From a virus (lineage: Duplodnaviria; Heunggongvirae; Uroviricota; Caudoviricetes), in the IMG/VR virus record IMGVR_UViG_3300043080_000590, positions 194,386 to 258,385 of that record: a stretch of 64,000 nt of DNA. One strand, given 5' to 3'. The position numbers and the translations under genes are program-made. Under the pieces are notes generated by a model that saw only the letters and a program-made list of their open reading frames with translations, made no database searches and was not told the origin of the DNA. This document shows, one piece after another, positions 26,158 through 35,947 of the stretch (positions within the stretch are counted from its first letter, which is position 1; every line of letters begins with the position of its first letter).

Positions 26158-29100
26158 ATGGCTTATAAAGCACCAGGCACTTATGCCCGTTTCGTAAAGA
26201 CCGCCTCTTCTGTTGTAACAGCAGGTGGTTCAAGAATAATGGCTCTTGTTGGTACTGGTATTAATTATTATACTGTTACAAACGAAGCTGTTATAAAATC
26301 AAATACTAAGCCTTATGATACACTTGCAAATGAAAACGTATTTGAAATAACAAGCGTTTCTTCAAGACCTATATATGATAATATTACTGTTAATAATACT
26401 CTTTATTCACCTACAACAGGTAATAATGATGGCTATACTTTAAATGGTAATACGATTGTTTGGGATTCTCTTGTAAAAGCTACTTGTTCAATTAATGCAA
26501 AACAGTGTCCAAGATTTTATTATAATAACGGTACACAGAATATTACATTTGGTATTGATGAAACTGTTGAAAAATTAGTTGAAGATGGCGAATGGATGAT
26601 TGAAGTATCATACGTTAATGAAGATGACCAAGACTTAGGTGCTGATGAAAAATTAGGTTGCTATAGAGTTATTAATATGAATACAAGTGAAATTATTGGT
26701 GAATATGTTGTTGGTTCTTCACCTGCAACTGATGAAGATGGTTCATATCCTATTCCAGGTGTTCAATTAATAGTTAAAAACACTTATATCGCTAATGCTG
26801 CTGGCAGACAGCTTGTAGATGTCGGTGACTATGTAATTATTACAACTGTTGCTGCTAAGACAGAGAAAGAAGCTCAGGTATCTAAAGTTTTAGCTACTAA
26901 TTCTGGTAGTGCAAAGGTTAATCTTAATCTTGATTTAATTGTTGCAGATAGCCCAACAACCACAGACGCTCAAAATTTTACTTTTGGTAATATTATTGGT
27001 GCAGATAATTACACATTATATATAAGTGATGCTGAATTCGAAAAAAATATAAATGGAGATTATGATACTAGTAAAGCTTACGCTTATTCAGTTGTTGGAT
27101 ATGATAGTACAACAAACACTTATAGTTTGAATATTCCAAATAACGATTTGAAGAAGTATGCAATTAGTTATACAACAGACCCGTTCAGAACAATTTCGGT
27201 GAATTATAGTGTTAATAACGATACAATTACTTTACAAACATCTGATTTAACAGAGGATTTAAATGGTTATACTTTATTTGTTCCATATAAAATGTCTGGT
27301 GATACTAAGAAAAACACAGTTGCAGACCAAACAGATGGTTTTTGTGTTTTTGTAAAAACCACAATTAATGGTGCTACACAAATAAACCAAACTTCTATAA
27401 AAGTTTATCCGACAGACCTTAGTAGTAGTACTATTGCTCCACTAGCTTTAGTAGATGATAATGGTGCTGCTACTGGTGAGTGCTATATCGTTGAAGAAGC
27501 CACAATAGATGATTATGATTTAAAATACTCTCAGTCAACAGCAGGTACAACATATTATAAATTTATTAAAAATGAAATTAAAGATGATAAGAAAAATGTA
27601 ATTGGATATACTTTTTATACTGTTAATAGCGATAGTACTGGTACGTTATCAAGCAATGATGAAAGTTCTACCAATGAATACTTAATAAATGGCGTATACT
27701 CCGACCAGAGTAAAACTGATTTATTTAATGGTTTAACTGCAAATAAATATTTTGTTAGCAATTTTTCAATAGGTTCAGATACAAATTCTCAATATTATAT
27801 TGCAAGTATTGATGTAACTTCTGAAACACATTATGTAGAAGTTGATTTTGACAGTATTGTTATATCAAATGATGATACTGTAACTGTTGATAGTGACACC
27901 AAGGAATTAACAACTACATACATAAATAATCAGTATGTTCTTACAAACTCTGCAAAAACCTATTTAAAGAATTCTGATATAGATGTTGACACTGTTCTTA
28001 CTGCTGCTATTACTTTCCAATTTGATAATGACAGTTTATTTGTAGAAAGTACAGATAACACAATAAATACTGCAACAGTCGCTTATGACTCAGAAGATGC
28101 TACTAAAACTATTACTATTGATAGTAATACAAAATTATATGATAGTGAAAATGGTAAAACAATCAATAATGTTACTAAATATATTAAAGATACTAATAAT
28201 AAAATTTACATTTCTGTTGATAACGTTTATTACGAAATAACAACTGGTGATAGTGGCAATACAACTTTAACAAGTACAACAACTAAAATTGCTACATATA
28301 ATGACCTTATTTCTGCAACGAACAACTATAATTATTTACTTATTGCTTATGATGCAAATGGTAATATTGTTGATTATGATGCAGATGCTGACAAGTCAAA
28401 AACTTCTGATAAGCTTGCAAATACTAGTACATATTATAACAATCAGTTCTATAATGCTATCAGTGATTTAACTGTTGTTAGTAATGGTACGATTTTTGAT
28501 AAGCCTGCTGTATATGAATTGACATATACGAGAGAAGAAGAAGATGGTAAGATTAGTATTGTTAGATATGTAAATGGCGAACTTACATCAGCAACTTTTG
28601 ATGATGTTTCTTCATTAGAGGATGATTATTTTGAAGTAATCCCTGGTATTGAGTTCTCACTTGATGGTTCAACACTTGATTCTCAGATTACTACAAAGGG
28701 TACAACTGCAACAGTTTACATTGTTACTTCTCCAAGAGTAACTTCAACTACAATGCCAGCTGAGGGTGCAACTTATTATGTATCTTATAAGTATAGAAAG
28801 GCAGAAGCTGATTATGAGCCTACTCTTTATACAGATTATGATGATATCGTTGCTGCTTATGGTAACTATGATGTTTCAGCTAGTGGTGCTGTTCTTAACT
28901 CACTTTCTTTAGGTGCTGAAATTGCATTTAATAATGGTGTTTCTCAGATTGTTTGTGTACAGGCTAAGAATGGTGCTGATTATGAAATTGAAACTGCTAT
29001 CGATAAACTTTCATCTGCTATCGCAGGTGCAAGTAATGTTCAAACTATTATTCCTTTATCAACAAGTGATGCTGTTGGTGCATATTTACAGAACCATGTT

Positions 29101-29844
29101 AATTTAATGAGTTCTTATGAATATGGCAAGGAAAGAATGGGTTATCTTGCTGCAAGACCTAATCAGTTAATCAACAAGCTTGCTACAAGAGCAGATAGAA
29201 CTGTTGGTATGGCTGAAACAGCAGAAGGCTATGCTGATGAACGTATTGTATATGTAGTACCTGGTGCTATTAAAAAGTCTATTAGAGACCTTAGAACAGG
29301 TAAGTATAATACAAGAAGACTAGACGGTTGTTATGCAGCTGTTGCAGTTGCAGCAATTGGTCTTGCAAATGATGCAGCTGAACCTTTAACAAATAAAACT
29401 ATCGCAGGCTTCACGGAATTAGTTGATTTATATTCTGAATCTGAGAAGAATATTCTTGCAGCGGCAGGTTGTTGTGTTCTCGAACCATATGGTACTAATA
29501 TAAGAATTAGACATGGTATTACTACTGCAACTGACGAGGTTAATTCACAAGAAATCACACTTATTCAGATTAAAGATTATGTAATTGACTCTTGTAGAAA
29601 TACTACTGCAAATCTTTATATCGGTAAGAAACTTACTTCAAGCATTATTGCTGATATTAAGTATACAATGAATTCACTTTTAAGTCAATTCGTTTCACAA
29701 GGTATTATTATAGGTTTTAGTAGTTTGAAAGTTGTTAGAAATTCTGACGAACCAAGACAGATTGATATTTCTTTCGAGATTGAGGCTGTTTACCCATTGA
29801 ACTGGATTTCTATTGAGTTTGGTTTCTCCTCAACAAGTTTCTAA
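26158..29844 (+). CDS. Contractile tail sheath protein with large central insertion
   Basis: N-terminal YKAPGTY; C-terminal sheath domain (EPLTNKTIAGF...IRHGITT...EITLIQIKDYV...DEPRQIDISFEIEAVYPLNWISIEF); SD AGGAGG. Confidence 0.8.
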   Translation: MAYKAPGTYARFVKTASSVVTAGGSRIMALVGTGINYYTVTNEAVIKSNTKPYDTLANENVFEITSVSSRPIYDNITVNNTLYSPTTGNNDGYTLNGNTIVWDSLVKATCSINAKQCPRFYYNNGTQNITFGIDETVEKLVEDGEWMIEVSYVNEDDQDLGADEKLGCYRVINMNTSEIIGEYVVGSSPATDEDGSYPIPGVQLIVKNTYIANAAGRQLVDVGDYVIITTVAAKTEKEAQVSKVLATNSGSAKVNLNLDLIVADSPTTTDAQNFTFGNIIGADNYTLYISDAEFEKNINGDYDTSKAYAYSVVGYDSTTNTYSLNIPNNDLKKYAISYTTDPFRTISVNYSVNNDTITLQTSDLTEDLNGYTLFVPYKMSGDTKKNTVADQTDGFCVFVKTTINGATQINQTSIKVYPTDLSSSTIAPLALVDDNGAATGECYIVEEATIDDYDLKYSQSTAGTTYYKFIKNEIKDDKKNVIGYTFYTVNSDSTGTLSSNDESSTNEYLINGVYSDQSKTDLFNGLTANKYFVSNFSIGSDTNSQYYIASIDVTSETHYVEVDFDSIVISNDDTVTVDSDTKELTTTYINNQYVLTNSAKTYLKNSDIDVDTVLTAAITFQFDNDSLFVESTDNTINTATVAYDSEDATKTITIDSNTKLYDSENGKTINNVTKYIKDTNNKIYISVDNVYYEITTGDSGNTTLTSTTTKIATYNDLISATNNYNYLLIAYDANGNIVDYDADADKSKTSDKLANTSTYYNNQFYNAISDLTVVSNGTIFDKPAVYELTYTREEEDGKISIVRYVNGELTSATFDDVSSLEDDYFEVIPGIEFSLDGSTLDSQITTKGTTATVYIVTSPRVTSTTMPAEGATYYVSYKYRKAEADYEPTLYTDYDDIVAAYGNYDVSASGAVLNSLSLGAEIAFNNGVSQIVCVQAKNGADYEIETAIDKLSSAIAGASNVQTIIPLSTSDAVGAYLQNHVNLMSSYEYGKERMGYLAARPNQLINKLATRADRTVGMAETAEGYADERIVYVVPGAIKKSIRDLRTGKYNTRRLDGCYAAVAVAAIGLANDAAEPLTNKTIAGFTELVDLYSESEKNILAAAGCCVLEPYGTNIRIRHGITTATDEVNSQEITLIQIKDYVIDSCRNTTANLYIGKKLTSSIIADIKYTMNSLLSQFVSQGIIIGFSSLKVVRNSDEPRQIDISFEIEAVYPLNWISIEFGFSSTSF

Positions 29845-29873
29845 TAGAATAATTTAGTAATTTTCAATCTTTT

Positions 29874-29910
29874 AAGGGAAAGGGGGATGTTCCCTTTTCC
29901 CTTGTTTTTT
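29874..29910 (+). terminator. Rho-independent terminator
   Basis: AAGGGAAAGGGG / CCCTTTTCCCTT plus Ts. Confidence 0.65.
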
Positions 29911-29991
29911 AAATAAAAATGTAAATATAGTATATTAAATAATAAACAAGTTATTTGATGTTTTTTTAATCTCATAAAAGAGGTGAATTTT

Positions 29992-30729
29992 ATGGCAGTT
30001 ACGGAATATACCCCTATTGGTGGCACAGCTAGTGCTTATAACCCAGGGGAAGTTAATCCATATCTCAACTCTCATAGGGCATCGGGTATGCCTAATATTG
30101 GTGCTAATACAGGTAGTATGCCTGTTACAACCACTAATATATCTGTTTGGTGTAATGGTAGTAGAGTTGGTGTAATAAAAAACTTTCAGGTATCAGAAAG
30201 TAGAACTAATACAAAATTGCAAGAATTAGGCACAGAAGGTGTTGTGCAGATTGTACCTGGCAATACAAAAGGCGGTAATTTAAACATTGAAAGAATTGCA
30301 TTATATAATAGTAGTATTTGGAATGCTTTAGGTTTAACTAGAACAGGTGAATTTATACCTAAAATGAGTTCCATGGAAGCCTATTCTTCTGCTGATAGCG
30401 TTTATCATAGACCTACTAATTTTACATTTAGTAATCCGTTTAAAACTTTAAAAGACCAAAGAACTGCAATAGAGATACAAACACGTACTCAAATGCAAGG
30501 AACAAAAAACGCATTTTATATTGAAACTTATTTAGATTGTTGGATTTCTTCTTATTCAAAATCTATCGCAGCAGAAACTATTACCGTTTCAGAAAAAGTA
30601 ACAGCAGAATACAGTGATGTTATTGCGGATTATGTAACAGGTGATAGTTATAATGTATATAGTGACTCAAGTTATATGAAGTATGTAAATGGTTCGTCAA
30701 CAACAGAAGAAGACGAGGATGAAGAATAA
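29992..30729 (+). CDS. Tail tube protein paralog 1
   Basis: Follows the sheath; VG.I..F..SESR...L.ELG.EGV.Q.VP...L.IERIALY...ETY.DCW.SSY. Confidence 0.7.
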   Translation: MAVTEYTPIGGTASAYNPGEVNPYLNSHRASGMPNIGANTGSMPVTTTNISVWCNGSRVGVIKNFQVSESRTNTKLQELGTEGVVQIVPGNTKGGNLNIERIALYNSSIWNALGLTRTGEFIPKMSSMEAYSSADSVYHRPTNFTFSNPFKTLKDQRTAIEIQTRTQMQGTKNAFYIETYLDCWISSYSKSIAAETITVSEKVTAEYSDVIADYVTGDSYNVYSDSSYMKYVNGSSTTEEDEDEE

Positions 30730-30754
30730 TAAATAATAGATAGGGGGTGATTTT

Positions 30755-31432
30755 ATGGCATTTGGTCCAGAACAGCAATATTTCACAAACAGGTATCTTA
30801 ATACCCATCGTGCCACTCGTAATGATGTTAAATCACAACAAAATGATATGACTCAATTAACTAGTGCAGATACAAATGGTTTGGCGTTGACTAGTACTAA
30901 TATATTTATTTATGCAAATCAAAATATCGTAGGCATGATACAATCATTTAATATCTCAGAAAGTAGAACAATTGATAAGTTAAATGCTATTGGAGTTGAA
31001 GGTGTAATTCAAGCAGTACCAGAAAATACAAATGGCGGTAGTCTTGATGTACAAAGAATTGCATTATATAGCTCAAATTTATGGGCAGCATTAGGTTTGT
31101 CTGCTGATGGTATAGGTTATGATGCTTCTGGTTCTAAACGATATATAAATGAAAAAAGTAATACTGGGTGGGACGCTCCAACTTATGAAACAAATACTGA
31201 TAATGTAGATTATTCTTTGGGTAATAGTTCTGCAAGATATGTCTTTAAAACATTAAAGGACCAACGTGTTCCTCTTGAAATACAAGTAAAAGTTCCAATG
31301 GATGGCACAAGTGAGGAATGGTATATTGAAACATATATTGACTGTTGGTTATCTTCTTATGGTAAAACTTATGACGTTGGTAAAATTACTGTTGCAGAAA
31401 CTTGTAAAATAGATTACGCAGATGTTGTATAA
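30755..31432 (+). CDS. Tail tube protein paralog 2
   Basis: Clear paralog of 29992 (SESRT, EGV.Q.VP.NT.GG.L, FKTLKDQR, YIETY.DCW.SSY). Confidence 0.7.
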   Translation: MAFGPEQQYFTNRYLNTHRATRNDVKSQQNDMTQLTSADTNGLALTSTNIFIYANQNIVGMIQSFNISESRTIDKLNAIGVEGVIQAVPENTNGGSLDVQRIALYSSNLWAALGLSADGIGYDASGSKRYINEKSNTGWDAPTYETNTDNVDYSLGNSSARYVFKTLKDQRVPLEIQVKVPMDGTSEEWYIETYIDCWLSSYGKTYDVGKITVAETCKIDYADVV

Positions 31433-31443
31433 ATAATTTATTT

Positions 31444-31472
31444 AAGAGAGGAAAATTTTCCTCTCTTTTTTT
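31444..31472 (+). terminator. Rho-independent terminator
   Basis: AAGAGAGGAAA / TTTCCTCTCTT plus Ts. Confidence 0.75.
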
Positions 31473-31715
31473 ATTTTAAAAAAATATATTTTTTATTTAT
31501 ATAATAGTATAAATTTATAAAGAAGGAGATTATAAAAATGCCAATAGTATTACCACAACAAATAATTGTTTCTGCAAATAATAGATACAATACTTATTAT
31601 TTAAACAAAGGTTATGAGATAATTGATAAAAAAATAGTTGTTAATGTAGAAGATTTAACTAATCTCAGCAAGAATTCCCCCACCTAAGAGGTGGGGGAAG
31701 AATTGCGTTCCACTA

Positions 31716-31744
31716 TTGACAAACTAAATGTAAAGTATTATAAT
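31716..31744 (+). promoter_or_regulatory. SigmaA consensus promoter of tnpB
   Basis: TTGACA (31716)-17 bp-TATAAT (31739). Confidence 0.75.
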
Positions 31745-31777
31745 AATATCATAAATTTTAGGATTGGAGGAGAAAAA

Positions 31778-32881
31778 ATGAAACGTAATAAAGCCTATAA
31801 GTTTAGGATATATCCAAACGATGAGCAGAGAGTATTTTTTGCACAGTGTTTTGGATGTGTTAGGTTTATTTGGAATAAGATGTTATCAGATAAGATAGAC
31901 TACTACAAAGAGCATAAGCAAACTCTAAATAATACACCTGCACAGTATAAGACCGAATTTGAATGGCTCAAAGACGTTGATAGTTTAGCCCTTTCTAACG
32001 TTCAAATGAACTTACAGAAAGCGTTCAAGAGTTTTTTCACCAATCCTAAAGTTGGATTTCCAAAGTTCAAATCTAAACATAAAAACAGAAAAAGTTATAC
32101 TACTAACAATCAAAAAGGCAGTATCACTTTAGAAAACAACCTATTAAAGTTACCTAAACTAAAGGATTTAGTTAAAGTCAAGGTACATAGGCAAATTCCA
32201 AGTGACTACAAAATTAAGTCAGTAACAGTAAGTCAAACGCCTAGTGAAAAGTACTATGTGAGTATCTTATGTGAGTACGAAAGCCAAGTACAAACAGTAG
32301 AACCCACAACTTTCCTAGGTTTGGACTTCTCAATGAAAGAGCTATACGTTGCTAGTAATAACACATCTGCAGAGTATCCAAAGTACTACAGACAAGCACA
32401 GAAAAGACTTGCAAGAGAACAACGAAAACTCTCAAAGTGCGTTAGGGATAGTAGCAATCGTAATAAACAACGTCTAAAGGTTGCTAAACTGTTTGAAAAG
32501 GTAGCTAACCAAAGGAAAGATTTCTTACACAAGCTATCAAACAAGTTAGCTAAAAATTACGATTGTGTGTGTATTGAAAATCTTGATATGAAAGCAATGT
32601 CACAAGCGTTGAACTTTGGAAAGTCTGTAGCGGATAATGGTTGGGGAATGTTTACAACATTTTTGAAATACAAGTTGGAAGAACAAGGCAAACAACTGAT
32701 TAAGATAGACAAGTATTTTGCAAGTTCTCAAACTTGTTCTTGTTGCGGATATAAAAATCCCGATACAAAGAATTTGTCAATTAGGTCGTGGAATTGCCCT
32801 CAATGTGGAACTCATCACGACAGAGATGTAAATGCAAGTATAAATATCAAAAACGAGGGTATGCGAATAGTATTATCCTAA
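31778..32881 (+). CDS. tnpB: RNA-guided endonuclease TnpB
   Basis: KAYKFRIYP N-terminus; RuvC D (GLDFS), E (IENL), D (DRDVNAS) all present; CSCCG/CPQCG Zn ribbon; ATG after GGAGG. Confidence 0.92.
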   Translation: MKRNKAYKFRIYPNDEQRVFFAQCFGCVRFIWNKMLSDKIDYYKEHKQTLNNTPAQYKTEFEWLKDVDSLALSNVQMNLQKAFKSFFTNPKVGFPKFKSKHKNRKSYTTNNQKGSITLENNLLKLPKLKDLVKVKVHRQIPSDYKIKSVTVSQTPSEKYYVSILCEYESQVQTVEPTTFLGLDFSMKELYVASNNTSAEYPKYYRQAQKRLAREQRKLSKCVRDSSNRNKQRLKVAKLFEKVANQRKDFLHKLSNKLAKNYDCVCIENLDMKAMSQALNFGKSVADNGWGMFTTFLKYKLEEQGKQLIKIDKYFASSQTCSCCGYKNPDTKNLSIRSWNCPQCGTHHDRDVNASINIKNEGMRIVLS

Positions 32882-33034
32882 ACAAAATAATAAAACCGTG
32901 GGACACACGGAGTTAGCCCATTGATACTTACATCATTAGATGTATTGAGTGGGAAACATCTGTTAAATCAGAAGCTCCCACCTCTTAGCGTAGCGTAGGT
33001 GGGGAGTATGTCACCATATGGTAGTAAAAGAAAT
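32882..33034 (+). ncRNA. Predicted TnpB omegaRNA (reRNA) scaffold plus guide from the right flank
   Basis: Structured right end downstream of tnpB; by analogy with known TnpB systems the guide is the sequence 3' of TCAC (CATATGGTAGTAAAAG...); boundaries approximate. Confidence 0.55.
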
Positions 33035-33761
33035 GTTCTTTGCAAATGTAATAAATGTGAAAAAAATTTTCAAAGACCATTTTTTAGAATTACAGATATT
33101 GACATTACATATTGCAAAAGAAGTAGCAATGTGTTAGCCCAAGAAACTTGGAAAAAAATTATGGTTGCGATAATCCTTCAAAATGTGAAAAAATACGTGA
33201 AAAAAGAAAAGCAACTAATTTAGAAAAATTTGGAACAGAATATTCTTTAAAGAACAAAGAAGTTAGAGAAAAAATTAAAAATACAATTAAAGAAAAATAT
33301 GGAGAAGAATATATAGGTTCTTGTGATTGGATTAAAGAAAAAATAAGAGAAAGCAAGGCACGTCTTTATGAAAAGAATGTAAAAACATCTAAAGGTCAAA
33401 ATCATATAGCAAAATTATTAGATGGAGATGTAAATACAAAAATAAGAGGATGTTTCCCTGATATTGTAATAAATAATTTAAGTGTAGAATATGATGGTAG
33501 TGGTCATTGGATGACAGTAACAGCTTTTCATAATTACACACAAGAAGAATTTGAAATAAGAGAAAAAGCAAGAGAGCAAATTTTTCTTGAAGAAAATTAT
33601 AAAATCATTAGAATTATTTGTAAAAACGATAAACTTCCATCTGATGAAACTATTCTTTCTACTATTGATGATATAAAAAATATTTTTAATAAGGAAAATA
33701 AAAGAATTGCAAGATGGAATACACAGGATAATACAATCATTTATGAGTAAGGTGAATATAA

Positions 33762-34283
33762 GTGTTAAATAAAACTAAATTAGAAGATATTATAAAATTT
33801 AATCAAATATTAAATTCTTACGAATATATAATTCCTAATAATGGCAATTCTATTGTTGAAATTAAAAAAGAAGATTTTTATAATTATTATAAAATGCTCA
33901 CACCGCAGGAATTTTTTAAATATAAAGGTGGTGTATGTTGGGATTATGTTTGTTATGAATCTTATTATTTTGAAAAGTATTTTTCTGATATAGCTTATAA
34001 GGCGTTTTATTGTCTTAGTATTGATGTTGATAAAGATACACCAACGCATACATTTATTATTTTTAAATGTGATAATAAATATTATTGGTTTGAATCTTCT
34101 TGGAAAATAAAAAGAGGTGTGTATGAATTTAAATCAGAAAATGAAGCCTTAAATCATATTATATATAATTTAAATAAATTTGCAGAAAGTAAAATTGAAA
34201 AGAATTATTTATTACAATATAACGCTTTAGATAATAATTTATATGGTATGAATTGCAAAGAATATATGGGATTATATGAATGA
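33762..34283 (+). CDS. Transglutaminase-like (Cys-His) domain protein
   Basis: GGVCWDYV...PTHTF...YYWFES. Confidence 0.55.
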   Translation: MLNKTKLEDIIKFNQILNSYEYIIPNNGNSIVEIKKEDFYNYYKMLTPQEFFKYKGGVCWDYVCYESYYFEKYFSDIAYKAFYCLSIDVDKDTPTHTFIIFKCDNKYYWFESSWKIKRGVYEFKSENEALNHIIYNLNKFAESKIEKNYLLQYNALDNNLYGMNCKEYMGLYE

Positions 34284-34803
34284 AAAAATAAATAATAATA
34301 ATTTATTTAATAACCAAAAAAATATAAAGCCTAATAAAGTGTTTGATAATAAATCACCATATGTACCTGTTGATTTAAATAAATATAAAAAACTTATTAT
34401 TGATGAAAAAGTAATTAGTTTATATAAAAACAAAATTAAACCTTTAAAACATATAAGAGCTAATATAAATACTAAAGGATATTTGTTTTTAAACTCTGAG
34501 GATGAATTTGTTGGTTTAATTAATATAGAAAAGAAAAATGATGGTATATGGATTCAAGCATTAGAAGCAAATAGTAATATGCAGAATAGCGGTATTGGTA
34601 CACAATTATTAAAAATAGCTACTAATGAATTAAGTACAATAAAATTATCAGTAAGGAAGAATAATATAAAAGCTATAAAATTATATAGAAATAATAATTG
34701 GGAAGAATACGCTCAAACAGAAAATATGATATTTATGAAATATAATAAATTGTCAAATAATGAATTAAATAGTCTATTAAATAAAGATTTTTGGTCTTTA
34801 TAA
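34276..34803 (+). CDS. GNAT-family acetyltransferase
   Basis: WIQALE...QNSGIGTQLL...LSVRKNN.KAI.LY...W motifs A/B. Confidence 0.7.
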   Translation: MNEKINNNNLFNNQKNIKPNKVFDNKSPYVPVDLNKYKKLIIDEKVISLYKNKIKPLKHIRANINTKGYLFLNSEDEFVGLINIEKKNDGIWIQALEANSNMQNSGIGTQLLKIATNELSTIKLSVRKNNIKAIKLYRNNNWEEYAQTENMIFMKYNKLSNNELNSLLNKDFWSL

Positions 34804-34805
34804 TT

Positions 34806-34833
34806 AAAGAGAGGTTTTATACCTCTTTTTTTT
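34806..34833 (+). terminator. Rho-independent terminator
   Basis: AGAGGT / ACCTCT stem plus T-tract. Confidence 0.6.
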
Positions 34834-34867
34834 ATTTTAAAAATTTTAAAAAAATCAAAAAAAGTTC

Positions 34868-34896
34868 TTGACAAAATATAAAAAACGTAGTATAAT
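34868..34896 (+). promoter_or_regulatory. SigmaA consensus promoter
   Basis: TTGACA (34868)-17 bp-TATAAT (34891) with A-rich UP-like tract. Confidence 0.8.
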
Positions 34897-34947
34897 ATAA
34901 CCATAAGATAACAAAACACATATAGAAAATCTTAGGAGGACACGATT

Positions 34948-35847
34948 ATGAAGAACAAATTTTATGAAACAAGAGAAGACCTTAGAAATATTAAGGACGT
35001 AGACACATTACTTAAAAAGACAGGACTTGATTGGGGAGTAGAAACATTTACGCCTACATTTCCAAATGGAGAAGAAATTCCTAATGCACAGTTTATTGTA
35101 AAAACTATTGATAATGAACCTGTATATACTGATTATCTTGGTTTTGTATCTGATAAATATAAAGTACTTTCTAATAAAGAAGCATTTGAATTTCTTAATA
35201 GTCTTATCAAAAAGATTACTTTTGAAAATGCTATTGAAATTAATAATGGAAAACAAATATATATATCAACAGATATTGGAGATAGATATGTTGATTGTAT
35301 TGATGAAACAGTACATTGTAAAATGTTTTTAATACATTCTTATAATGGAAGTACAGCTTTTACAATAAGCATTGTTCCAATTGTAAATGGTGTTCCACTT
35401 AATCTTCCATTAACTTCTGTTAAAAGAAGTAGGTCGCTTAATCATACAGTAAATATTAGCGAACGAATGATTATTTTAAAAGACACTCTTTCTTTTGCTG
35501 ATAATTATTTTACAGCATTTATAAATGAAAGTAAGAAATTAAAAAAAATAAGTATCAATAGAGAACAAATTGAAAGGTTTGCGGAATTGGCTTATCCAAT
35601 GCCTGATAAAATGAAAGTAACAGAACAAAAAATAAACAATGTAAAAGAAAGAAGAAGTGACCTTTTAAATTGTGTTATTGGCGAAACAGAACCCAAAAAT
35701 GCAATGGATTTTATATTAGGAGTTTCAGAATATATAGCAACTCTTAATCCAAAGAGAAAAACAAAAACATTTGAACAAAATAAATTTGCACAAATTGTTG
35801 CAGGTCACAAAATATTAGATATGGCATATAAATATGTAATGGGTTAA
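34948..35847 (+). CDS. DUF932-family phage/plasmid protein
   Basis: GLDW.VE...LG.VSDKYK.L.N.EAF.F...NGK...SYNGS...HT.N pattern; SD AGGAGG. Confidence 0.7.
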   Translation: MKNKFYETREDLRNIKDVDTLLKKTGLDWGVETFTPTFPNGEEIPNAQFIVKTIDNEPVYTDYLGFVSDKYKVLSNKEAFEFLNSLIKKITFENAIEINNGKQIYISTDIGDRYVDCIDETVHCKMFLIHSYNGSTAFTISIVPIVNGVPLNLPLTSVKRSRSLNHTVNISERMIILKDTLSFADNYFTAFINESKKLKKISINREQIERFAELAYPMPDKMKVTEQKINNVKERRSDLLNCVIGETEPKNAMDFILGVSEYIATLNPKRKTKTFEQNKFAQIVAGHKILDMAYKYVMG

Positions 35848-35853
35848 TAATAC

Positions 35854-35881
35854 AGGGAGATGTTTAATATCTCCCTTTTTT
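35854..35881 (+). terminator. Rho-independent terminator
   Basis: AGGGAGAT / ATCTCCCT plus T-tract. Confidence 0.7.
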
Positions 35882-35947
35882 CTTTAAAAATATAATTGAG
35901 TAGAATGTTTATATACTATATGAATTTGATAAAAGGTGGTATAAAAA

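Larger units (their letters stand above)
31659..33014 (+). mobile_element. IS200/IS605-family (IS1341-like, TnpB-only) insertion sequence
   Basis: Left-end hairpin TTCCCCCACC/GGTGGGGGAA, right-end hairpin CTCCCACCT/AGGTGGGGAG ending TCAC; preceded by TTTAA; no target duplication; removal restores the host frame. Confidence 0.85.
31538..33750 (+). pseudogene. Homing endonuclease gene (Zn ribbon, EKYG repeats, Vsr/DUF559-like nuclease) interrupted by an IS and a frameshift
   Basis: ATG 31538 with SD AAGGAG; joining 31658 to 33015 restores VEDLT-YGSKRNVLCKCNKC; frame change at A7 tract 33152-33158; C-terminal FPDIVI..LSVEYDGSGHW. Confidence 0.75.

Noticed and set aside
31691..31777. N-terminal extension of TnpB in the ORF track
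   Set aside because: Overlaps the left-end hairpin and promoter; ATG 31778 has a strong SD and the canonical N-terminus
31659..33014. IStron (group I intron-IS chimera) or Cas12f locus
   Set aside because: Only about 120 bp precede tnpB, too little for an intron core, and there is no CRISPR array; ends are typical IS200/IS605 hairpins
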